DNA of 64,000 nt from Macrostomum lignano (lineage: Eukaryota): contig NIVC01000571.1 of assembly GCA_002269645.1 (NCBI GenBank), forward strand, positions 248,001-312,000. The letters run 5' to 3'. The translations under genes were made by a program, and so were the position numbers. A model generated the notes under the pieces. It had not been told where the DNA came from. It made no database searches and saw only the letters and a program-made list of their open reading frames with translations. Positions 20,638 through 31,700 of this stretch are shown here, piece after piece. Position 1 is the first letter of the stretch. Each line of letters opens with the position of its first letter.

Positions 20638-22085
20638 TGTAGTATTGTAGAGTATTATATCTCCCAGAAAAGTTATTTAAAATTGTTAACGTACTACTTA
20701 AATAGTAGTAATTTGTGGAGCATGTATAAGGATATGCGCTGAACCATACATATATTCGAATTAACCAATAGAAAGAGAGAAATCTCGAGCATGCTAAATT
20801 TAGAAATCACCCAATCACGTGCGACCAACAACTGTCAATTCAAACCCCACCTTCAAGTCATCATTTGGTTTGCACTCGGGTTGCACCCGGATGAACCAAT
20901 CAAAGTCTACCAGCTACGGTAACCAATCATGCGCTTTTACAGTAGACTAGTTGCGCAACTTTCTACCCTGTCATGCTTGACAGCCACCGAATCGTGACCC
21001 TTTGACATTTGCGAAGACAGTGATGTACGACCTCGAGAGAGGTCTGAACGCCTATAAATACAAGTGGTCCGGAACGGACCCGGAGCCACAATTCCTCCGG
21101 AAGGAGAAGAGCTCCGAAGAGGAAGCCACTACAGGACTTCCTACAGAAGACTCGTCGAGTTGTTGCGGTAAGCCTTCCTTATTTGCGCCTGTTGTGTTAG
21201 AGACGTCTCGCTCAAGTCTATTGAAACTTGAGTCTATTTGGGTCTGTTGAGACTCTTGAGTCTGTTTAGACTCCATTGGTTGCAGTCTCCAGAAGGACTG
21301 CCCCTGATAGATCTTAAAGGACTATCAGTGGTTTCCGGAGCCATACCTAGAGTGCATAAAGGCACTGCTAGAAGAAGGAGGCTTAATTCAAACCGCTGTT
21401 CGGCGCAGGGTACCCATTGTTGATACGAGGCCTCTGATTGGTCCTGACTGCAAATACCGGCCGGAAGTAATTTCGTTGGAAGCAAAAGAAGAATCAGGAC
21501 CAGAGAAGCGGATCCAAGACAGTGACTAGATCTACACGAGATCTACTGACGAGTTCCTAGCGAGAACTACTCAAGAAATTCTAATCCAGATTAAAGGTAA
21601 TTGAATACCTTCGTTTGACTAACTGGGTTGCCTAGCTGTTGAGCTAGAAGTGATTGTTCCTTGATTCTCAAAAGTCGGGTAATAAGGAACACATCAGTAT
21701 TGAGATCACGTGACATCTCTGGCTCATTATTTATCGATCGTGTAGTTTTTCTAGTGTGACTAAAATATAAATAAAGCAACTGTGCGCACTTGGCAATATA
21801 CTTTGCAACTACAAATGGAAACCTCAAGTCTTGGTACACAACAACTGGCGACGAGGATCGACGAAGATGGCTCTCAGTGTTAGCCCACCTGCACCATTTC
21901 TGCTAGCAAGCGGAACACCGGCGGTCCCATGGCGGTCAGATGGCTGGACGCATTCGACTTCTATTGTCAAGCAGCCAAATCTGGACACCCGACCAGCAGA
22001 CGAAGAGCCCCGACAGATGAGGCCACGCGACTGGCGATGATGTGCAGGAACCATCTACTGCACCTTCTCGGCTTCGAGGGGCAGC
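20638..22085 (+). mobile_element. Truncated Ty3/Gypsy element: putative 5' LTR, PBS and frameshifted gag start
   Basis: TATAAATA 21052, AATAAA ~21771, LTR end ...ACAACA ~21843, PBS-like TGGCGACGAGG 21846-21856, gag-like PPAPFLLASGTPAVPW / RWLDAFDFY / LLHLLGFEGQRI. LTR start is uncertain. Confidence 0.65.
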
Positions 22086-22470
22086 GGATTGCAAGGGCCC
22101 GGAATGCGATTGTCGACGGTCATATATACCTTCTAGCAAACCCACGATCAGCTGACGACGGTATTTGGTCTACTACTTTGAGACTACATGATCTACATGT
22201 TTGCACACATATCTATGATAGATTGATAATAGATGTTATGTACATGTACTCTTACACACTCGATAGAGGGTACATGTACCAAGTAGGATCCAGGTGTGAC
22301 GAATTAGCCAAATCTAGAGCAGCGTAGCAGACCTCGGCACTCAAGAACGAACAGAACAGAATAATGCATGTAGTCTAAGAAAACGATATACGAGCTATTT
22401 CACTGTAAGCTCAATTGCTGAGTTCACAAAGTTTCTTTGAGTACCCACTTGAAAATTGCCTATAAGGGGC

Positions 22471-22591
22471 CCTTAGGGGCTACACTTAGTGGCCAGCTAG
22501 GGGCTACCTAGGGGGTTGTCACTAGATTCCTTAGGGGTACCCTAGGAAATATCCTACGTACCCTAGCTAGCCACTAAGTGTAGCCCCTAAG
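22471..22591. repeat. ~30-bp-arm inverted repeat (foldback/MITE-like)
   Basis: CTTAGGGGCTACACTTAGTGG ... CCACTAAGTGTAGCCCCTAAG. Confidence 0.75.
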
Positions 22592-22920
22592 TATACGCGT
22601 CTTTCTCTGGGGCCTTTGAGTTTGTGTTCTCACTTTCTTGAGATAGATGTCTAGCGGTCTAAGGTTCTTACAGCTCTTAGTCTCTCCTATCAGGCCGTCA
22701 GAGAAAACCGTATAAACTGACGGGATCTCCTAGTATCTAAGCTGAGTTTGATTCTGTCTAGTATTTGCTCTATGCAATAGTTAAGGCAAATAATCGATTT
22801 GAGACTCGGGTTTCTGCCAACTGGATAATCCAGAAACTCCATTGTACTCTTCTGCCTCGCCCTTCACTGCGCCTGGGCTTTTCATAAATTTCTACCTATC
22901 TTCTAACTTAGGGTCAAAAC
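22592..22920. mobile_element. Internally deleted copy of the 2767-3800 element
   Basis: Matches 2767-3012 then jumps to the ~3698-3780 sequence. Confidence 0.65.
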
Positions 22921-23850
22921 TTTGGCCCTAAGTTTGGGTCAACTTTAAAAGATAAAACGTTATAGATGGTACAGCAATTTATGAATATTGGTTGAAAGTT
23001 CGTGGGTGCAAAATTAAAGATTGACTATTAATTTATCACTTGCCGACAGTAAAAGCCGATTATACAAAATATGATACATTTACGTATTAGTCTACTGACA
23101 GTAAAAACAATGACTTTCACAACTAAATAAGTTAACCCCGTCACACAAGAATGACTAGAGCCCCATTAGTCTAACAATACAAGTATCATACGAGAGAGTA
23201 TCATTCGCAATTATTCTATAGATCTTTTATGCGGTTCTGAGCAAGTTTGTGCGCAAGAGCTCACTAGTTTTTGTGTGTCTCTAGCTATTCGGGTTCAAAT
23301 GATGCAACCACACGCACCTGTAATGTACATTTACATGCAAGCCCGGCCTGCTTGCATGTGATGCATGTTACTTTGATGTCAACCAAAAAAGCAGTCTTTT
23401 GAAAAAGTTGAGCGTTCTAAAGAAGCAAAGCCATATATATTTTTATTGGTAGTTGCTGATAGATAATGACAACGTTTATAAGAAAAGAGAAAGCATCTTA
23501 TTTATATTGTACTACTAATTCTATATATACTTGATCAGCAGTGGTTAAAATTCTCAGTTTTATAAATTTTCTAAATTTCAAACTTCATACGCTCTCATTG
23601 TGCCTCACGCAGTCCAGTACTGTCAATATACGTGTACATGTACAAGTCAACATGGTTGAGCCTAACTGGTCATCACTCTGTTCACAACACTATACAAACA
23701 TGTGCTAATTCTAGTTAAAAACTGCACCAACTAACCTGTAAAGTTGATGAAATCTTAGCAGCAGAATTTGTATTTCAGTTTGTGTAGACTCAAGCGTCTA
23801 CCAGCGTTTATAAGACAATAAGAATGCGGCTCGATATTTCCAGCTCACTC

Positions 23851-24960
23851 CTACAAATACGAGTCATTCAGGCCGTCAGAAGCGAGGATGGCGCATTTGT
23901 TCCGACTTTCTCCCTCAGTCCTCAATAAATTTTTGCCATGCTTGCCGACCGTGTAGGCTGTTTGGCAGTTATCCACAGCCTTTTTTCCGTCGGCCACCGC
24001 CTCGATCACGCAGGAGGCCGACTTGGGCATTGTCTCCGCGTTGTTCTCCACTGTAGCCTGCTTGGCTGTGACTGCGGCAGCATTCTTGGTTATGGGGACC
24101 GGGGCCTGCTGCCCAGCCAGTTTTGTTTCCATGGCAACCTCCTTTGCCACCGACATTACCGCCTGCTTGGCAGTCGCTGAGGCCGCTTGCTCTGCAACCT
24201 GCTTGGCACTTGAACTTGAACTTTCTCTCAGGTCCTCAATGAATTTCTGGCCCTGCTTGCCGACCTCATAGACTCGCCGGCAGCCTTCCACAACCTTTCT
24301 TCCATTGGCCACCGCCTCGACCACGCAGGAGGCCGTCGACTTGGACACGGTCTCCGTGATCTTCACCGTAGCCTGTTTGGCCGTGAATACGGCAGCTTCC
24401 TTGGTGACCGCCTTGGTTACGTGGACCGTGGCCTGCTGTCCGGCTGTCTTAGCACTCAGCGAAAGCACCTGAGAGGACGCATGAATGGCCACTTTATGGC
24501 TGGCAGTCTTCATGATGGTCTTCGTGGTTCCAACGGCAGCCTCTTTAACAGACTGTTTTGTCACCATTTTCGTTGTCTCCTTGGTAGCCACCGTCACTGT
24601 TTGCTTGACAGTCGCGGAGGCCGTCTGCTGAGCGACCTGCTGGGCCCCGCCGCTCACCACCTGCTTGGTAACCTCGCTGGTCGTCTTGGCGACGGCCGTG
24701 CGACTCGCCTGCTTGGTGGTGGTCACGACTGTCTCCTTCACAGCGTCGCAGGCGCCCGACGCGACTCCGGCGGTGCACAGGTCGAAAATGCAGAAGGCGC
24801 CGTCCATCCCGGCTTGCAGGTAGTTTTCCTCGGCGAGGTTTTTACCCATGGATGCCGCGTTTAAGCTGGCGGACATCACGGCGGCCGCCACGGGACCGGC
24901 GACCACCCCCGTGCCGACGCAGAGCGCCAGCTTGGCCGCACTTTTCCAGCAGTCGCTCAT
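23851..24960 (-). CDS. Orphan 369-aa protein, hydrophobic Gly/Ala N-terminus + Ala/Thr/Lys/Val-rich repeats (family copy A)
   Basis: Long ATG-initiated ORF; GKNLAEENYLQAG motif shared with 27529-27810; internal duplication of the TAKQATV...ASCVVEAVANG block. Confidence 0.65.
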   Translation of the reverse strand: MSDCWKSAAKLALCVGTGVVAGPVAAAVMSASLNAASMGKNLAEENYLQAGMDGAFCIFDLCTAGVASGACDAVKETVVTTTKQASRTAVAKTTSEVTKQVVSGGAQQVAQQTASATVKQTVTVATKETTKMVTKQSVKEAAVGTTKTIMKTASHKVAIHASSQVLSLSAKTAGQQATVHVTKAVTKEAAVFTAKQATVKITETVSKSTASCVVEAVANGRKVVEGCRRVYEVGKQGQKFIEDLRESSSSSAKQVAEQAASATAKQAVMSVAKEVAMETKLAGQQAPVPITKNAAAVTAKQATVENNAETMPKSASCVIEAVADGKKAVDNCQTAYTVGKHGKNLLRTEGESRNKCAILASDGLNDSYL

Positions 24961-25332
24961 CGGACAGCGAATTTATTTTTGACGCAAGGCATTAAAGCTG
25001 TGTTCGCGTTTAATGAAATATTGAGTCTGTTTTTTATTAATCCGAAAGCCTTGAATCCGTTAACGGCACTTCTATCCGTCACAATGCTCTCGCGGTCTCT
25101 AAATACTTTGTTTGTGTACAAGGCAAGAGCAAGGTGCATAAGCAGGTTCCTAACTAGGGGCGTAATTGCTTTAATTAGAAAAAAGTGCCTTATAAGTGTG
25201 CCAACGGCTTGTGCAAGAATGCGCATAATGAGCACTTTGCGAAGTCTCATATCTATATTTGTGTCACGCCTCAGGACAGCATGAGCTCAAAACCAAGCAA
25301 TCCCACTTTGAATTTGTGAATTTTTTCTTCAC

Positions 25333-27015
25333 AGTACAGTGACACAGGCACAGTGAAACAGGCACAGTGAAACAGGCACAGTGAAACAGGCACAGTGACA
25401 CAGGCACAGTGACACAGGCACAGTGACACAGGCACAGTTAAACAGGCACAGTGACACAGGTACAGGAACACAGGCACAGTGACACAGGCACAGTTAAACA
25501 GGCACAGTGACACAGGTACAGGAACACAGGCACAGTGACACAGGCACAGTGACACAGGCACAGGAACACAGGCACAGTGACACAGGTACAGGAACACAGG
25601 CACAGTGACACAGGCACAGTGACAAAGGCACATGAACACAGGCACAGTGACAAAGGCACATGAACACAGGCACAGTGACACAGGCACATGAACACAGGCA
25701 CATGAACACAGGCACAGTGACAAAGGCACATGAACACAGGCACAGTGACACAGGCACATGAACACAGGCACAGTGACAAAGGCACATGAACACAGGCACA
25801 GTGACAAAGGCACATGAACACAGGCACAGTGACATAGGCACAGTGACACAGGCACAGTTACACAGGCACAGTCACACAGGTACAGGAACACAGGCACAGT
25901 GACATAGGCACAGTGACACAGGCACAGTTACACAGGCACATGAACACAGGCACAGTGACACAGGCACATGAACACAGGCACAGTGACAAAGGCACATGAA
26001 CACAGGCACAGTGACATAGGCACAGTGACACAGGCACAGTTACACAGGCACATGAACACAGGCACAGTGACAAAGGCACATGAACACAGGCACAGTGACA
26101 AAGGCACATGAACACAGGCACAGTGACATAGGCACAGTGACACAGGCACAGTTACACAGGCACATGAACACAGGCACAGTGACACAGGCACAGTTACACA
26201 GGCACAGTCACACAGGTACAGGAACACAGGCACAGTGACATAGGCACAGTGACACAGGCACAGTTACACAGGCACATGAACACAGGCACAGTGACACAGG
26301 CACATGAACACAGGCACAGTGACAAAGGCACATGAACACAGGCACAGTGACATAGGCACAGTGACACAGGCACAGTTACACAGGCACATGAACACAGGCA
26401 CAGTGACACAGGCACAGTTACACAGGCACAGTCACACAGGTACAGGAACACAGGCACAGTGACATAGGCACAGTGACACAGGCACAGTTACACAGGCACA
26501 TGAACACAGGCACAGTGACATAGGCACAGTGACACAGGCACAGTTACACAGGCACATGAACACAGGCACAGTGACATAGGCACAGTGACACAGGCACAGT
26601 TACACAGGCACATGAACACAGGCACAGTGACACAGGCACAGTTACACAGGCACAGTTACACAGGCACAGTCACACAGGTACAGGAACACAGGCACAGTGA
26701 CATAGGCACAGTGACACAGGCACAGTTACACAGGCACATGAACACAGGCACAGTGACACAGGCACAGTTACACAGGCACAGTCACACAGGTACAGGAACA
26801 CAGGCACAGTGACACAGGCACATGAACACAGGCACAGTTACACAGGCACAGTTACACAGGCACAGTCACACAGGCACAGTTACACAGGCACAGTCACACA
26901 GGTACAGGAACACAGGCACAGTGACACAGGCACATGAACACAGGCACAGTTACACAGGCACAGTTACACAGGCACAGTCACACAGGCACAGTCACACAGG
27001 TACAGGAACACAGGC
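25333..27015. repeat. ACACAGGCACAGTG-type complex satellite
   Basis: 12-14-bp variant units; a related short patch lies at 35490-35597. Confidence 0.95.
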
Positions 27016-28219
27016 AGAGATACCTGTGTTTAATTGAGCATTTAAAATTATAAAGAAACAAAGTGGCATTTATTTATAGATAAAAATGACAAAAATCTTC
27101 TTATTTGCTATTGTTTGGCTGCATATACTTTTAGTTTTCTGTTTTTTTAACTTTTAAGAAATCCAGGCATCATATTGTACTTCGTCGTTCCAGTAGTGTT
27201 TTGTCGAATGTTAAAGTCAATAAAGTTTAGGCTAGGCAGTGGTTCTTTAAGGTTTTTTTGGTTCAACGCATCAAGCGGTGGGTGGGGAGGGTTGAAGAGA
27301 ATCGGAGCACGCAGGATATAAGAGCGTATTCATATTGTGGGTGAAGGTCGCAGGACATTCTAAATTCTCGTATAACAAAGCGACTGCGTATGATTTAGAA
27401 AGTTACTGTATACAGCTACGGAAAGTTTGCGAAGGTCACTACACTGTCAATATACATGTACATGTACAAGTAAAAAATGGTTGCGCGTTACTGGTCTCCA
27501 CACAGTTCACAGCACTGCAAACTTTAGGTTAACTTTCTTTGTTTTCTAAACTGAATCGGCGGCCGTTGATCACAAGGTAGCGGTCACGGCAGTCATTCTT
27601 CACGCGTCGCTGGTTGCCCAACGCGGCTCCCATGCTGCACAGGCCGACAACGCAGGAGGCACCGGCTATCCCGGCCTGCAGATAGTTTTCCTCGGCGAGG
27701 TTTTTACCCACGGTTGCCCCATTGAAGCCGGCGGTCACCAGGGCGCACGCAGCGGGACCGCCGATCAGGCCTGCGCCGGCGTAAACTCCCTTGCGTGCTG
27801 CAGTCTTCACCTTCTGTAGCGACTTTCTTCATTTGTTCCACCTTCTCGCGTATGTTTGTATGTCTTAATTCTGATTGGCTGCCTCTCTGTGCTTATCTCT
27901 ATCTCTGCCTTCTCTGCCTTCTGGTCGCACCTTGTACCCACTCCCCATTGCACGCTTATTTGCTCTTCGTTATCATTTTTCTACCCCCTCGCGCTCTCGT
28001 GCTCTAATCATTCACCCCCGTCTCTTATCGTGAATGCACCCCCCCCCTAATTTAGGCAATGTCTTATAAATATATGAATTTTGGGCCCTGCGCCCTCTCC
28101 TGCTGGTTTGTGTAGTTCAATTCCAATAAAAATCTGTCTGTGTTTACTGATATTAATTACATGGCGCCCGAACAAACAAACCCTATCAGCTATAGATAGT
28201 TTTTTGCCCTAATGCGTGC

Positions 28220-28380
28220 GTCTCGTTTGCCGGCCTCGTTCTCCTCGTCTCGTTTGCCGGCCTCGTTCTCCTCGTCTCGTTTGCCGGCCTCGTTCTCCTC
28301 GTCTCGTTTGCCGGCCTCGTTCTCCTCGTCTCGTTTGCCGGCCTCGTCTACTCGTCTCGTCTGCCGGTCTCGTTTGCTTC
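28220..28380. repeat. 27-bp tandem repeat in the BEL 5' UTR
   Basis: CGTCTCGTTTGCCGGCCTCGTTCTCCT x~4-5. Confidence 0.85.
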
Positions 28381-28783
28381 GTCTCGCCTGTCAGTCTCGG
28401 GGACTTCTTCATCTGCTGGCCGCGTTCGTGTGTACAAGTTGCCGGGTTGCTCATCAGTCTCGCCTCTGATCAGGACTCTGTTTTATTTCGCTGACCTTAC
28501 AGTTCGTGAGAGTATTTTCTTTTTGCTCGTTTTCTTTTTATAGTATTTATTGATTGCTAGATTAGTTTCCGTTGGTTGCTATTAGTATTAGGTACGAGTA
28601 GCCACCTGTTGCATTTGTTTCTTCTATCGCTTTTTTTTACTTCGCTTGTCTTGTGCTACGTGCTTTCTTTTCACTTTTCTCTTCACTTCTTCTGTCAAGT
28701 CTTGATCGTTCTCGCTCGCCTATCTGTTGCGCTCGTCTCCTCGGGGTCCCGATCTCAGTCAGTCGTTTTGTCAACGGTAATTC

Positions 28784-31700
28784 ATGGAGGAAGCCATTAG
28801 GAGAAGGGCGGCGATTCGGTCTGTTGTCACGAGAACCATTAATCGGGCGGAGAAGTGGCTCACGGCAGGAAGTTCTCAGGATGTCAAAAGTACGGCAGAA
28901 GCCGAAGCTTGTATCGATACGTTGAAGGAGAAATTGACGATGATGGAAGAGTTGGATCTGGAAATCCAGGAGCAGACGGAAAAGGAAAAACTTAGCCGTG
29001 AAGAAGAAGAAGCAGATGAATATGCATTCAGATGTCGGAAGTATCTTAAACTGCTAGAGAAGGTTTTATCCAATACGGCTCACGCGGTAGTGTCCACACC
29101 TCATGTCAAATTACCGAAACGACAGGTCCCCACCTTTGACGGTACGGTAACTTCATGGCAGACTTATTGGGACCAGTTCTCTTCATCTGTAGACTCAAAC
29201 GGTCAATTGTCCGACGTCGATAAGTTTAATTACCTCTTGGATTCGCTCTCAGAGTCGGCCAAGTCTTGCATTCGTGGATTGAGTGTTACCTCTGCTAATT
29301 ACAAAGTGGCCATCGAGCTTTTGCGTGAGCGCTTTGGAAAGACCGACTTGGTTGTTAGAAGCCTGATGAATCAGCTGTCAGATATCACCTTATCGGATGT
29401 GTCTTTAACAGGCTTGCACTCGTTTCATGATGATCTTGCGGCTGCCGTGCGGAGTTTGGAGGTTCAGGGTGTACCTTCTTCGGCCTATGAGACGTTGCTG
29501 TTACCTAACTTGCTTCGCAAAATACCAGAAGACTTTCGTCTGGAACTGATGAAGTTAGCCAGCCTTTCAAAGACAAAGATTGACAGTATGGCAGTTCTGC
29601 TGGAGCTGTTACAGACGGAGGTCCAAATTCGCGAGAATGTTGCCGTTGGAGGAATCACGAAACCGAACAACTCTGACACCAGTCGTCCAATCCACCAGCC
29701 GAAGTCTTCAGTTGCAACCCTGGCAGTGCAGTCGCATCTTGGTCGGAAGGGAAACGCGAAAGTTTTCTGTACGTATTGTGGCTCAGACCACGTCTCCGAG
29801 TCGTGCAACAGATTGGCTTCAGTGACGGCTCGAATCGAATTCTTAAAGAAAGAACAACGGTGTTTTCGCTGTCTAAGGACCGGTCATTCCGCCAGGAGCT
29901 GCGGAGACACACGTCGATGCCGAAATTGTCACGGCCATCATCATGTCAGTGTCTGCTATAGTGGGCAGACAAATGGACCAGGTTCAGGCAATGACAAGAT
30001 GAAAGCACAACACGGTGAGACGACAGCCAGAAGCGGCACGGGTGGTGGCAATGTCCCGGATAAGGTGCGATTCGATTCAAAAAAGAAGGAGTTCAAGCCG
30101 AAGCTGCAGACGGGAAGCACGAACACCGCACAGAGTGAGCCGGCGTCGATAGCTTCAACCGAAGGCAATTTAGCGCTCTCGATGTTCATCAGTCGCAATC
30201 CAGCCATCGCTCTCCCGGTTGCAAAGGCTATCCTGCTTAGTCCGGATGGAAGGCGTGAGCTTCTCGTTCGGGTCCTGATGGACACAGCAAGCAATCGTTC
30301 GTATATTCGAGAGGACGTGTGTGACTTGCTCCAGTTTGAACGCTCATCTGAAGAGAGCTTAAGGGTTGCAGCATTTTCTGGCATTGCCACGACGATGGAT
30401 TCTTCGAGGGTAAGGTTTAGTCTCCGCAAGATTGATTCCTTTGAACTCATCAAGCTGGAAGCCAACGTAGTGAAGCAAATCTGTCAGCCTCATGGCTCAA
30501 TCATCATCGACTCGTTCGGTCACCTTCGTGATTTGGATCTGGCGGATCCATATGATCCACGAGATGTCAACACTCCGATCTCGATCCTTGTTGGCTCAGA
30601 CCAATATTTTGAAATTGTAGGCGACAGTGTGATTCGCGGCAATGCCGGACCAGCCGCCATTTCTTCGAAGCTACGGTTTCTTCTGTGTGGTCCACTGGCT
30701 GCTGCCGAGTCAGTGAAAGATCAACAGACCGTTTCCGCCGATCAAGTTGAATGTAGCGCTGCCCAGACCTTGTGCTGTAGTGCTCCCGTAGACGACCTCT
30801 CTTCTTTTTGGCGGCTTGAAGCATTGGGAATCTGTGAACGTCAGGAAGACGCTGCAGAAAGTTCCTTTAACTGTCACCCGGAGCTAGAGAACGGTAGATA
30901 TACCGTAAAATTGCCGTGGAAATATCCAGAAGGCTCCGTGCCGTTGAGAGACCACTTTGATATGGCGTATAAGAGACTGAGTACCACACTCCGTGCACTG
31001 CGAAAGGAACCTGAGACTCTAATGAAGTACAGTGAAATCATCTCAGAACAGGAAGCATCTGGCATAATTGAAAAAGTGCCTGAGGAGGATTTAGGCAATA
31101 AGAACTGCCACTATCTACCCCATCACCACGTCACCAAGGCCGACAGTGAGTTCACACGGTTACGCATTGTCTTTGATGGATCGGCCAAAAGTCGGGGTGG
31201 AGACGTCTCTATTAATAATCTACTTCACGTCGGTCCAACTGATGTTCCGCTGATACCAGAAATTCTGATGCGGTTCCGTATCAATCCTATTGCTGTCACA
31301 GGTGACATCGAGAAGGCCTTTCTGCAGATAGCCATTGAAACTCAGGACAGAGATTACTTACGATTTTTGTGGACTCTCCCGAGCGAGCCAAACAACGTTT
31401 TTCACTACCGATTCTGTCGGTTACCGTTCGGTCTCACGTGCTCTCCTGGTATCTTGCGAGCTACGGTAGTTCAACACCTTGATTTTCACCAGCAGACCTT
31501 TCCAACGACCGTCAATGTCATTCGCCGAGACTTATACGTCGACAATTTAGTTACTAGCTGTAAATCTCTAACGGAAGCCCTCCAGCTGTACCAGGATACT
31601 AAAGTGATATTCAAGTCCGCAGGCATGAATATGCGACAGTGGAAGTCCAATTCGGATTCGTTTAATAGGTCGGTGCCCGGTCAGGATGTCGGTCACGCTG

